A DNA stretch of 64,000 nucleotides from the NCBI RefSeq assembly GCF_000203815.1, contig NW_004457713.1:137358-201357 (forward strand), given 5' to 3'. The notes under the pieces were generated by a model. The model was not told where the DNA came from. It worked only from the letters and a program-made list of their open reading frames with translations, and did no database searches. Positions 1-11,982 of this stretch are shown piece after piece; positions within the stretch are counted from its first letter, which is position 1, and every line of letters starts with the position of its first letter. The translations under genes were made by a program, and so were the position numbers. Source of the stretch: Dictyostelium fasciculatum (lineage: Eukaryota).

Positions 1-735
1 GAATCGCAGACAATACACTCTTGGCAGTTTGGGCAATCATAACAGTCGGTGCACTCTTCGCAAAAGCCTTCACACCCTTCGCAGTCTGGACAATCATAAC
101 AAAACTCGCATACATCACATTCCAAGGTAGTACCAAGCTGGGCAGATTCAATATTACTAAAATTCTTGAAAATTCCAATAGAATCCATTTGAGATAAATC
201 GTCATGCATTACAATATTGGAAGCGGTACCTCCTCCACCTCCGCTATTACTTGCTTTTTTATCCCCTGGTTGAACACTATTCCATCTGAATGATTCTACT
301 GACATTGTAATCTGTAATGCTAAGTATGATCAAAATGATATTAAAAAAATAATTCTTGATATTAATTTTCAATTGTCAAATACGTACCAAGAGCTATAAA
401 GGCAGGTAGAACAGCAATCAATAACATCCATCTTCTCCAAATAATATATTTGCTCATTTGACCCTATAGTAGGGGGATTAAAAAGAATAAAAAAGAAATA
501 AATATAATAATACAAAATGAATAATATTTGAATCTATACTTACATCGATTGGTAATAGTTGGTTTCTTTCATTCTCTGTTAATTTGATATCATCCAAATT
601 GGAATTGATAACCAAACCTAATCTATCTTTAAATATATGTTTAAGGTTCTCTCTATTCATTTTCGATAATTGATCAACAATGTCAATAATGCCACAACCT
701 TTTAACTTTGTGATCACAAAGCAAGCCGTCATCAA
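1..735 (-). CDS. Cys-rich (CxxC-repeat) membrane protein, 5' part of gene. Putative exons 735..544, 463..388, 319..1, continuing past the window edge
   Basis: Minus-strand ORF 735..478 ends at a GTAAGT donor. Frame is kept through two short introns (GTAAGT...TATAG and GTACGT...CTTAG) into an ORF that runs off position 1. Exon 2 encodes a hydrophobic segment (YIIWRRWMLLIAVLPAFIALA). Exon 3 encodes dense Cys repeats (ECDVCEFCYDCPDCEGCEGFCEECTDCYDCPNCQEC). The gene could instead start at the ATG at 305..303. Confidence 0.4.
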
Positions 736-1439
736 TTATGAAGAGAATAAGAAAAAAAATATTGATCGCTAGGAGGATCCTCCTTTCCATCCTCTCTCCT
801 AGAAGTTATAAATATCTTTCTCCGAGGAGGACAGATCAATTAGGAGTTTTGAATAGATCTTTCGATGAGAAGAGCCCTACCTTGTGATTTAAAAAATTGA
901 AACCACCCAAATGTCGTGGCACGCAGGTGGGCAAAAAGTTGGCGTTTCAAAAAAAGTCGATGATCTTCAACAATCGTCATGAGGACCTACCTTTCGGGAT
1001 TGGGGATGAACCGCCAAAATAGGTTTGAACCTTCCCTCCATTAAATTCTTCTATCCAATGAGTTGGTAGGAGAAAAACTCGAGTTGTTGTTGTTTCAATT
1101 CCAATTCACAATGTCGTCAATATAATTAAATAAAATAATACAACTTTGGTGTTTGAATAAAAATAGAGATTTTATTACAATGAGTGGAGTGGGGTGTTGA
1201 CTACAAAACAGAGAGAAATAATCAAAAAATAATTAATGTCAACGAAAGTGGTTGCGTGTGGTATATATGGAAATTTTACTTGTAGTTTGGTTTTCCTTGA
1301 TGTTGCCTTTTATCTATCTATGGCTAGGATTGGTATCTGTTATCTACTTTTTTTTTGTAAATATATTGACTAATATATATATATAGAGAGAGAGAAAGAT
1401 TTATAATTCTAAAAAGATTTTAGAAATCAATTTAAATTA

Positions 1440-2816
1440 ATGTCAAGAATGGTTAATTTATCAAGGATATTTATAAATGGTGGAATTATTAATAGTAAAA
1501 ATGAAAACCTAAAATATAATAGTAATAATAATAATTTTGGTAGTAGATGTTTCCGACAACAACAACAAAATAATAATAGTAATAATAGAAAAAGTAATAG
1601 CGGAGGAATAAAATATTTTAGTTCTCCTTCAACTATTTATATTATTTTGGTGATTGCCTATCTCATTTACAATATTGAAGTTGTAAATGCTGCTGGTCAA
1701 TGTACAGCTGAAAAGACTTGTTCTGGACTTGGTGATTCTTGTACAGCCGATCATTATTATAGACAGTAATTATCTAGAGTGTTATTAATTTTAAAATCAA
1801 TCTAACAAAAAAAAAAATTATTTCTTTCTTTCTTTAGGACAAATGATACAAAAGCATTAACATGTAATAGAGGATTATATTGTTCCCAACAAAATGTTTG
1901 TTTACAAGCAGCAATGAGATATGAAAAGTGTTCGACTGATCCAACTGGAACTCCATGTTTCCAATATTTGACTTGTCGTAGTGGTGGTGGTAATAATGCT
2001 GGAGATTATACATGCCAAGAATATCAATATGGTGCATACAATGATCATTGTTTGGATGATAGTCAATGTCTTGACGGTCTGCACTGTTACAATCTATTTT
2101 GTAAATGGAGAGTTGACAGATGTACACAAGACTATGAATGTGACTATCATCGTTATTGTAACATTGCACCTGACAGTTCACACGGTAACTGTCAAGTTCA
2201 AAAGGATGAAGGACATGTTTGCAATCGTGACGGTGTCTGTAAAAAGTACACCCAATGTGTAGCCGATAGCAACAATGAAAAGAAGTGCACTAAAATCTTT
2301 AGTGGTGGCATTGGAGAGAATTGTACACACATTGACACCTACTCTACATGCAAGATGCAAGACAACCTAATCTGTGACGAGACGACATTCAAGTGTGTGA
2401 GAGCTCCTGAACAGACCGTAGGTGACTGTACAGGTGCTGCAGTGTCTTGCAAATCGACAGAGACCTGTTATTGTGACCAATTGCTTGGCACTGCAAACAG
2501 CACTGGAACATGTTACATTAATCCTTACCGTGGTGGACAACAACACAATATCTGTCAACAAGCCATCTATGCCCTGCGAGTATGTCTGTACTCCCATGAA
2601 TGTAAGACTGTCAACCCTGCACCATCATCCTGTCTCATGGCATACTGTGCAGAGAAACATTGCAATATGATTGAAGCATGTCAGTTGAACAAGTTTGGTA
2701 ACTCTAATTGTAATATCTATACTGATGAATGTATTCAATGGAGAATAACTGGTTCTGCCTCAACTATCTCCAAAGTATCCTTGTTATCATTATTATCATT
2801 ATTATTATTACTATAA
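1440..2816 (+). CDS. Secreted, probably GPI-anchored, cysteine-rich protein with Dickkopf-N-like Cys repeats. Exons 1440..1765 and 1838..2816
   Basis: ATG at 1440. N-terminal hydrophobic signal/anchor. GTAATT donor after AGACA, 72-nt intron and TTTAG acceptor restore the frame (..HYYRQ|TNDTKALTC..). About 40 Cys in repeated CxxxxxC / CxxDxxC spacing. C-terminal Ser-rich stretch then a hydrophobic tail (SKVSLLSLLSLLLLL), typical of a GPI signal. Confidence 0.6.
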
Positions 2817-3096
2817 AACTAAAACTAAAATAAATGTATTCTTGACAAAATTTTGTCGACTTGACGAGATAAAGAAAAAGAGGAAACAAAAATAAAAGAG
2901 TATTTCCATCCATTTTTTTATTCTTATTATTATTTATAAAATTTGTTTAAAGGGGATTGAAGGTGATGAAAAAATATACAATTATTAGTATTTGCAGTTT
3001 ACTTTGCTGCTTGTTGTTGTTGCTGCTGGATATAAAGGTTTTGTTTGTTTGTTTGTTGTGGGTGGCGGCTTGTTATGCCAACAGATGTTTTTGTGA

Positions 3097-3146
3097 ATTG
3101 TGATTGGTGAATTGATGGATTGATGGATTGGTGGATTGATGGATTC
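3097..3146. repeat. Tandem 8-mer repeat (TGGATTGA)n, about 6 units
   Basis: Sequence gaattgatggattgatggattggtggattgatggattcg read directly in the intergenic region. Confidence 0.6.
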
Positions 3147-3310
3147 GTTTCGTATTGTTGATTGTATTAATTTTCTCTTTATATATAAAACCAAGGTTAT
3201 ATATACTCGTTGTTGTAAAAATGGAATGATAAATGTTGAAAATAAACTCCTCGTTATATTATATTGTTGTTACTATCTATAGTAGTAGTAGTAGTAGTAT
3301 TATTATTATC

Positions 3311-4067
3311 TTAACATCTACAATAAGAATCCATATTTTGATCTTGTTCATCAGGTTGAACGAGGTTTGTAGATTTCTTTTTCTTTTGAGGTTCTTCATC
3401 TGGTGTTTCGAGAATTTTGTGAGCAAGTTCCTCAAAAGCTTGTTGAATGCCAACTTTAGTCTTTGCGCTACACTCGATAAACAACATTGCTTTGCTACGT
3501 GCAAATTCCAATCCCTCTTCTCTTGTAACCTCTCTATTTTCCTTATCAATCTTGTTACCAACCAATAACTTTACAACATTTGATCTAGTTGAAAAGGTTT
3601 CAATTTCATTTAACCAATATTGAAGATTCTTAAATGTCTCTCTCTTTGTTACATCATATGCTATAATAAAAAAAAAAAAGTAAATGAGTCATATGAGGTT
3701 CTCTCGTTTGTGACTATAGTGATAGATAGTTACTTAGGATGATTCCATGTGCTCCACGATAATATGAACTGATTAATGCTCTAAATTTCTCTTGACCTGC
3801 AGTATCCCAAATATTAAAAGTAACCTCTTTATCGTCTACCTTTAATGTCTTTACTTTATACTCTACACCTATAGTACATAATAAATCTTCATCAAATATA
3901 TCATCAGAGAATCTTTTTACAATTGATGTCTATTGTATGTAAATTTTGTATTGTATTATAAAGAGTTAATATAAATATATGACTATACTATGTTGTTCTC
4001 TTCTTACCTTGCCGACATCACTATCACCGATTAATAATATTTTATATTGTGGAATGTTTTGTTCCAT
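3311..4067 (-). CDS. rab18: Rab18-family small GTPase. Exons 4067..4008, 3929..3734, 3660..3311
   Basis: Spliced product [20 protein letters not shown]|[53 protein letters not shown]|[58 protein letters not shown]...DSYCRC. It carries the P-loop, WDTAGQE, GNKxD and SAK motifs and a C-terminal CxC prenylation motif. Near-identity to human RAB18 across the [10 protein letters not shown]...FIE(A/C)SAKT block. GTAAGA and GTAACT donors with TAG acceptors; both introns preserve the frame. Confidence 0.85.
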
Positions 4068-4425
4068 CCTTCTCTGCTATATATATAATGTTTGTTTGTT
4101 GTTTGTCTATGTATATATTTATATATCAATTAAGTGTTAATTGTTATATATAAAATGTGAATGTGATATTAATTAAAAAAAAAGATAAAAGTAAAAGTTT
4201 GTTTACCTAAAACGGCAAGTCGACAAAAAGAGAGAAAACATGAAAAAGAAAATTAAATTAATAAAAACAAATATTATTATGTTTTGTCTTTGGGAGGTGT
4301 GGTGGTGACTGTTCAAACAAAATTGATTATTGGTATTACTTTTTCTTTTTTTTTTTTTTTTAGATTTGTATAGTGTTTTTATTTATTTGGCATTTCTATC
4401 TATCTTTAATTAATTGATTAGTTGA

Positions 4426-6486
4426 TTAATTATTTTTCTTTGTTGATAATAAACGATCGGTAGCAAAAGCAGATAAAGACTTTTGACCAAAGAAGATGGT
4501 TGGGATTAAAAGTACAGCCAAGTAACGAAGGGTAACGTCCAAGGTGAGGGATAACCAGTACTTGACAATCAAGCCAGTGCAGGCAACCATGCAACCAACA
4601 AAAGCGACAGTGTAGATGAATCCCATACCACCTGGCATCTTTCCAAAGTTGATGCCAATGAACAAACAACCGACGACAAAGATGGCAGTTGGAGCAATGA
4701 CCAACAATGAAAAGACTTGAGTAATCACTTGCTTTGGAGCAGCTGGATCGGCACGGAAAGTGTATTCAATTGGTTGGTGTTCTGGATAACGTGACAATGG
4801 TTGAGCAGCTTGACTAAAGTTGAATGAAATCTCACCAGCGTTCCAAACAAGTGGTGTAATAGATGAATCTCCAATAATAATCTCAATTTGATAGTTTCCA
4901 GTTTGATATTTTAATGATTTACCAATTTCCTTTGTCTAAACACAAATATAAAACAATATAAAATATTAATATCTCTCTATCTATCTATCTACTCTTCTAT
5001 TTTTAATTTTACTTACAACAATAACTGAATAAGCATCAACTGAATAAGTAGCTGGGATGACAACATCGACAGATGGTGAAAAGAATCTAACACCAACTTG
5101 TTGAGCGGCAAAAGATTCAGAGGAAGAGGTGACACGGAAGAAAACACGGGCGACCTTGTTTTGTGGAACGTTGACGACTTGGGAGAGTTTCTTTCCATAG
5201 GCAACTTCATAGGTCAACTTGCTACCGGCCAAAGCGTCCTTGTTGTCGGCAACAGAGAGCTTAAAGTCATCGACCGAGATGGAGCCAGTGACGGTGATCA
5301 AGAGGTTGGCAGAGACAGTGTTGTAGTTGGTGTCCTTTGGTGCAACCTTGATGTCGACAATGTACGAGCCAATCTTGAGCTTGTCAACATCGAGCTTGTA
5401 TTGACCTGGACGCGAGGTGGCGGTCATTTCCTTGGCCGAGAGGAGTGAGGTTTGACGGGCAGAGGAGAGAGCAAGGTTGGAGAGGGTGGCAGTAGACTCG
5501 ACGGCAGTGCCAAAGATGTCGCGTACAGAGACGACAAGTGAGGAGACTGGAGCGGTTGGGAAGACTGATTGCTCGAGTTCGACGGCGATGGGTTGTCCGA
5601 TATTGTTCTTTTGAACGGATTTGAGACCGATCAAGAGGTAGTAGGCGTCGGCCAACGAGTTGACGTTCTTAAAGTGCAAGAGGTAGTGTGCGACACGGAC
5701 AATGGTTGATGCCTCGATAGTGGAGCCTTGGCCACCGTTGGCACTCGACAAGGAGACGAGACCGCGGAGGAGGGTGGCGGTGGTTTGGAGGTCTTCAAAT
5801 CCGAGTGTCTCACGGGTACTCTCGCTCGACATGGAGAGGATATTCTTTACGGGACGTTCAGATGCGATCTTGGCGTCCTTGAGACGATGGGCAAGACGGG
5901 CAAGGACAAAGTGGGCGGTGGCGGTATTGGCAAGGGTGCCAGTACGCTTGTCGTCAGAGAGACGCGATCTAAATGTGCCGTCAGTCTCTTCGAGTGCGAG
6001 GATAGCCTTGGCAATTTGAGCGAGTTGGGCAGGGTCACTCTCAACTTGCTTGGCATCGGCCAAGGCAAAGAGGACGTTGACGGCAGCGGCCAATTCATCA
6101 AGTGAACCAGACTCGATTGAACGGGCGACCAAACTAGTCAATTCATTGTCTTGAACCAACTTGTTGTTGCCTGACAAACACTTGAGGTCAGACAATGTAG
6201 AGACGGCATAGTAGAGTGATGTGATGTCGGTGTCCTTGGCAATGGCACCTCTGACGGCCTGACAGACAGCATCTTGACGTTCGGGCTTCAAACCCAAACG
6301 AGAGAGTGCTCCAACTGCATAGAATGTGTCACGCAACAATCCATTAAACAATCCATTCTGTTGTTGTTGTGCATTCACAAACTTGACCAATTGTTGTTGA
6401 TCCGATGCGCCAAATGTAGTCGATAACGATGTCAATGATATTGGTGCTGCATTATTAATTGATAATAATGTTATCAATATTGTCAA
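4426..6486 (-). CDS. rpn2: Ribophorin II (oligosaccharyltransferase subunit Swp1/RPN2). Exons 6486..5017 and 4935..4426
   Basis: 490-codon exon 1 with N-terminal signal peptide (MTILITLLSINNAAP). GTAAGT donor, 81-nt intron, TTTAG acceptor in phase 0. Exon 2 encodes ..YQIEIIIGDSSITPLVWNAGEISFNF.. followed by three TM helices. Matches the RPN2 C-terminal motif YxLxLIIGD...LWNxA and N-terminal FYAVGALSxLG / LYYAVSTLSDL blocks. Strongly GC3-biased codon usage. Confidence 0.85.
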
Positions 6487-7032
6487 ACATAAATATATTT
6501 TGATTGCTAAAAGAATAATAAGAATATAAATAGATGAGATAGATGGTTTGATATTAATAAATTAATCTATCTTGTTTTTTTAGAGAAAAGAATGCTCTCT
6601 CTGTCTCTCTCTCTTTCTCTTTAACTTACACATTTTAAAACTACTATTGTTTTGATTGAATTCTTCTTTACTCTCTCAAATAACAACAATATACAACAAA
6701 CAAAAGAATTGAATGAAAGGGTGTATGTATGATGGTGAAGTTGATAGCCTTGGTCTTGCCTTCAAAAAAGTCCCATCTTTGTCATCACAAAAAAAAAAAA
6801 AAAAAGTCAAAAAAAAAAAAAAAAAAATTAAGTGAGTCTGCGCAAAAGGAAGAGAGTGCGATCAGATGAATTCTTCGTTTTGTCATTGCACTTTACTCCT
6901 TGATAGACTACTCTCTTAAAGTTGATTAAACTAGATCTTTAATCATCTATCTATCTATCATCATCCAATTCTTATTTTCATATATCACATAGAGAGAAAG
7001 AGGAAAAAGGAATTAGAGAGAAAGAGTTCAAG

Positions 7033-8873
7033 ATGATGCTTAAACAAACATTTTCAAACCTTGGCAGAGCTGCTTTATATAGATCATCATCATCTCGTTT
7101 GATATCATCATCATTTGGATATAATGGTAAAAGAGAGAGAGATAGATAAAAGAGACAGAGTACTGTACTATAGTATGATATTAATATTCTACTTTTATTC
7201 TTTTTTGTAGGAATGAAATCATTTTATTCAACATCAACAAAAAAAGATATAGATCAACAAGAAGAGAATTCTTTATTTCAATATGATAAACCAGTAGATT
7301 TTGCATTCTTATCAAAGCAATTTGGTGTATCATTTGACAAGGATGCACTTAAAAAGGCTGCAGATGGTGTCGAATCGTATGACATTGACAACATGCCAAA
7401 GGCTGCCAAACAATTAGAGACTTTGATGCGTACAGAGGAAGGAAGAAAGTATTTGAATATTTTGGTTGCCGATATCAAGACATCGTTTGGTATGGACAGT
7501 GAAGAGGTGATGGCAAAGACATTGGATCGTGTCAACCAAGAGTTTACCAAACGTGCTGGTGAACCCATCGAACGTTTGGTCGAACGTTGTCAAGGCAAGG
7601 ACACTAGTTTGCTCCAAGGCAGTGACCGTGAAATCTACAGCGACTATATTGACGCACACCCATACGTTCGTTACTCACGTCAACTACGTCTTGTGATGGA
7701 TATCGTTGATTTGGTCGACGTCTACAATAACTCGGATTCGAGTACTTTTGGCAAGGCAATGAGCGAACGTTTCCAAGTCGATACTGAAAAGACGACTGGT
7801 GACGACGTAGACTACTTGGCTCAATCCGAGGACTACCAAGAAGACGATACTGTCTTGGCACGTAGCACCAGACACGACCAACTCCAAGGTGAAATCCTCT
7901 CGATGATCAAGAACGACACTTTGATGCACTACCTCGATCGTCTCTTTGAGAATGCCTCTACCCAACTCTTCCCAGTCACCTCATCGTCCTTGTCAGAGGC
8001 CGAGTCACAACGTCGTCTCGAAGTTGCCCAAGAAGCCCGTCTCCGTCTCGCTCAAGACGCCCTCGACGAAGAGGAAGCTTCCGACCGTCCATTCATGCTC
8101 GCCGACAACAAGGCACGTTCCGACGACGAAGAGATGGCCGTCACCTCTCTCATCCCCGAGTTGGATCTCCTCCAACCACCCGAAAAGCAACAACAAGCCA
8201 AGGACCCACGTGACTTTTTGAAATACTATCGTCTCTACCCCAAGAAAATCAGAAACTGGATCGATTACTCTCACACTCCACTCGGTTTCTTTACAGAGTT
8301 GGGTGTTTGGTACAACTTCCCATCATGGTACGCCAAGATGTATCCAGCTGTTGCTCCAGAACAATTGATCACTGAAAGCTCCTCTTCTACCAACGAGGTC
8401 ACCCTTCCAGAGGATTTACGTGGTCAATACCGTTTCGGTGTCACCAAAGAGGAGGCTGAAATCCTTCATCCAAAATTAAAAGAATTCCTCACCTTTAAAC
8501 ACGCTACTCAAGGTGAAATCAATCAACATAGAAAGAAACTTTGTGTTCAAAAGTATGGCAATGATCATGCTGATACTGGTTCTTCAAGTGTTCAAAGTAA
8601 GAAAAAATAGAAAAAAAAAAGAAATAGAAGAACAAATCTAATCTAACAACAACAATATCTTTATCTTTATGTTTAGTTGCTATATTCACAGAAAAAATTA
8701 ATTATTTAGAGACACATGTTGCAAGAAATAACAAGGATAATCTAGCCAAACGTAGAATCATGTTGTTACAATCACAGAGAAAATCAATGATTGATTATTT
8801 AAAGAGAACCAATGTAGAAGAATATTTCCGTATTACTAAAGATCTAAAGATTAAGAATACTTTAAATATTTAA
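7033..8873 (+). CDS. mrps15: Mitochondrial ribosomal protein uS15 family (MRPS15/MRPS28-like) with an N-terminal extension of about 490 aa. Exons 7033..7126, 7211..8596, 8677..8873
   Basis: Exon 1 encodes a classic mitochondrial presequence (MMLKQTFSNLGRAALYRSSSSRLISSSFGYN), GTAAAA donor in phase 1. Exon 2 is a 462-codon ORF. AGTAAG donor and TTTAG acceptor join ..DTGSSSVQ|IAIFTEKINYLETHVARNNKDNLAKRRIMLLQSQRKSMIDYLKRTNVEEYFRITKDLKI. This reproduces the uS15 signature (GSxEVQIAxLTxRIxxLTxHxKxHxKDxxSRRGLLxLVxxRRxLLxYL) across the splice. Confidence 0.6.
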
Positions 8874-8953
8874 ATATATATATATAAAAAACACTAAACT
8901 TTTAATAAATAATAAATAATAATTTTAAAAACTAATTATTATTTAATTTTTAT

Positions 8954-10618
8954 TTAATTTCCTTGTTCTTGTTCAATTCTTTGATTTAATATTCCAAGGA
9001 CCAATTTACGAGATTGTTTACTTGATATTAAAATTTCATTTACTTCATCTAGGATTGGTTTGGTAAATGATTCGTCGTCTTTGATTTGGTTGACATTTAC
9101 AAAAATATTTCTACTTGCACCCCAAATACCCAAGTGAAGTGACTTGGCACCAACTTGACATTCTGGTAGAGATGCAAAGTTTCCATGATTGGCAATCTCT
9201 ACCATCAATGGCCAACATTGATTACCTAATCTCATCATTCTTAGAGGTACCAATACTGTTTCATTTAATACCTGTCGATTGATTTGATTTGGGTTTTGTT
9301 TGACTTGATTGATATAGTTGTTGTATGCTTTTGGGTCTTCGTCAATGTATGGTGTCAATTGTCTCATTATTTGATCGAGTGATTGAATCAGTGATTTCAT
9401 CTTGTCGTCAAGATGTGTCGAAGAGTTCTTTCGTCCATAGGTCATCCAACCAACCATCGATCCCAAAGCAATACCAACCGATGCAATCAATGCAGATGCA
9501 CTTCCACCACCAGGGTTTGTATTTTTCGAGGCTATCATATCTATAAATTGGTGTATTGGCATTCTTTCAAATGACGGGTCATTCTTTCTAATCATATAAT
9601 CTACTATACATTTTTCAGGGTCAAATATTCTGTTGCATGCATTTAATCCAAGACGATCGATTACCAATGCAATCTTTGATGGTTCGTCTAGTATAAATAG
9701 ATTGTCACGTTCAATGTAAAATTGAGCAGCTGCCAACATTGCATCTAGTGGTATCATGCCTATTATCTCTGATCCGCCTGCTTTTAGACCCATCGACTCT
9801 GCCTGTCTCTTGACCTCTTCATAGACTACATGGATAGGTGTCACGTTGTGATCGTCTAGATTCAACGATACTTGTGCCGAGTCGTATTCGTTCATCCACC
9901 ATCCAATCGCCTTGACCATTTTTAGAGTGCCCGGTGGCTCGCCTTCACATCGACCCGACGATCTAACTCGCTGAGCTATTTCCTGTGCTTGCTCTTTAGT
10001 TCCACTGACATTGATATTATAAGCAATCAGGAAGTTTCTTGCACCAGTAACTGTTGCTCCATACCTCGGTACAAACTCTCGTGGTCCATAGTCTGGTTCC
10101 CAACCCTCTGATACGATCTTTTCAGCCAATCCTTCATACTGTCCCGATCGTATTTGGCGTAGTTGTTTTCTGTGTGGCCCCTTGGTCGATGAGAATTCAT
10201 AGAGGTACAATGGTACGTTGAGTTCGGTTGCAACCCTCTCGCTAAATCTAATTGAACAATCGATACAATCTTGAATGGTTGCATTGCGAACTGGTATAAA
10301 GGGACACACATCCAATGATCCGATTCGAGGATGTTCCCCAACATGCTTTGCCATGTCTATGAGATTATAAGCAGTACGAGCAGCAGCTACAGCTGCATCA
10401 ACCACTTGATCGGGTGTACCAACAAATGTATACACAGTTCGATTTGCAGATACACCAGGATCAACATTTAACAGTTGACATCCTTGAATCGATGATATTG
10501 ATTTAGCAATTGAATCAATTATCTTTTGATCTCTTCCTTCTGAAAAGTTTGGTACACATTCTATTATTATTCTATTATTATTACTATTACTACTATTGTT
10601 GTTATTGTTATTGTCCAT
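8954..10618 (-). CDS. ftcd: Formimidoyltransferase-cyclodeaminase (FTCD), single exon
   Basis: ORF 8954..10690. The probable true start is the ATG at 10618 (MDNNNNNNSS..), downstream of a poly-T tract. IIECVPNFSEGR matches the FTCD N-terminus (VECVPNFSEGKN). Both formiminotransferase and cyclodeaminase halves are present. Length about 554 aa versus 541 in human. Confidence 0.9.
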   Translation of the reverse strand: MDNNNNNNSSNSNNNRIIIECVPNFSEGRDQKIIDSIAKSISSIQGCQLLNVDPGVSANRTVYTFVGTPDQVVDAAVAAARTAYNLIDMAKHVGEHPRIGSLDVCPFIPVRNATIQDCIDCSIRFSERVATELNVPLYLYEFSSTKGPHRKQLRQIRSGQYEGLAEKIVSEGWEPDYGPREFVPRYGATVTGARNFLIAYNINVSGTKEQAQEIAQRVRSSGRCEGEPPGTLKMVKAIGWWMNEYDSAQVSLNLDDHNVTPIHVVYEEVKRQAESMGLKAGGSEIIGMIPLDAMLAAAQFYIERDNLFILDEPSKIALVIDRLGLNACNRIFDPEKCIVDYMIRKNDPSFERMPIHQFIDMIASKNTNPGGGSASALIASVGIALGSMVGWMTYGRKNSSTHLDDKMKSLIQSLDQIMRQLTPYIDEDPKAYNNYINQVKQNPNQINRQVLNETVLVPLRMMRLGNQCWPLMVEIANHGNFASLPECQVGAKSLHLGIWGASRNIFVNVNQIKDDESFTKPILDEVNEILISSKQSRKLVLGILNQRIEQEQGN

Positions 10619-10818
10619 TTTTAGAGGGCAAAAAAAAAAAGTTAACAAACTTTGGCAAGGAGACAAAAACAAAAGTTGTTGTTCATTCAATCATCTTGTG
10701 AAAAAAATAACATAATATGTGGGTGATTAAATCTGGACACTTTTAAGATTATATTGCCCAATCAATATCTGGTTAATCTTGATTTATAAAACATGGATTT
10801 ATTCCTTTTAGAGTTATT

Positions 10819-11944
10819 TTAATTTTCCAAAATTTCCTTTAAATATTTTAATTTCTCTTTCATTTCATCTTCTAAATGTTTGATTGGTGACTAATAATAT
10901 GATACAGGAAAAGTAAGTATATTATTTAAGTTTAGATGTTTTATGATGATGATGATGATGACTTACTCTCATAATATAAATACCAAACATTGAAATAACA
11001 ATGAATTGATATAAAGAATCATTTAAAAGTTTACATTTTAAGAGTCCGAGGATAGGATATGAAAAATGTTTATGTGCATATAATGTATACTTGTCAACTA
11101 TACCCTGGTATTTATAGACCAACAACTCTCTTGAATAACTTCCAATAATCAATTCATTCTCTCCATCTCCATCTATATCAAATACTTCAACACATGTTAA
11201 ACTGTCAAATGAATCTGAATGATCTAATAAAGCTGGTTCCTTTAATTGATTATTTAATATATTTCTTTAAAAAAATAAAAGTAATTAATAATCTATATGT
11301 GTTTGATTGTTTGTTTCAACATACCTAAATATCATAGCATATCCAATTACACTTGCAGCCAATAAATTTAATTTTGGCACTTCTTCTTCTTCTTCTTGTT
11401 CGTTTTGATCTCTTGTATAATTGGTTTCTTGATTATCTTTTTCTTTTTCTTTTTCTTCTTTCATTTTTAAAATTAAATCATTTAAATAGGATGAATCAAT
11501 TGTTGATTTCATTTTTAATTTGCTTCCGTTGCTGGTGGATTGAGATGATATAATTGGTGGCGTTGTTGATTGTTGTTGTTGATATTTATCAAAATGAATA
11601 TCATTCTTATCACTAAATATAGAAATTGCTTGAACTGGTCCATCAAAATAATATGAATCCGTTGTTACATTATTATTGTCCACTAAAAGTAAAAAATAAC
11701 AATAAATAAATATAAGATTCTCTTTTTTTTTTGTCAATTGACAAAGATACAAACAATTTGTAATTGTTAATTGTAAATAACCAGATTGAAATCCAATAGC
11801 AACGAGTCGATAATTTAAATAATATACAATTTCAATCTTTAGTGCTAATGATGGTAAATTAACCATCTCTGGGAAATATTTTGATAAATCTCCTTCTATA
11901 TATTCATTATGTTCATTTAACTAACAAATTAATTTAGAATTAAT

Positions 11945-11982
<38 letters not shown>

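Noticed and set aside
2985-3568. ORFs 2985..3194, 3233..3568 and 3277..3561
   Set aside because: They lie in the 8-mer repeat spacer or overlap the Rab18 3' exon in the wrong frame. The real gene here is Rab18 (3311..4067).
5098-6105. Plus-strand ORFs (116, 105 and 125 aa) inside the ribophorin II locus
   Set aside because: They are antisense to a strongly GC3-biased minus-strand exon. Their products are Gly/Arg/Val low-complexity with no start context. This is the classic shadow-ORF artefact.
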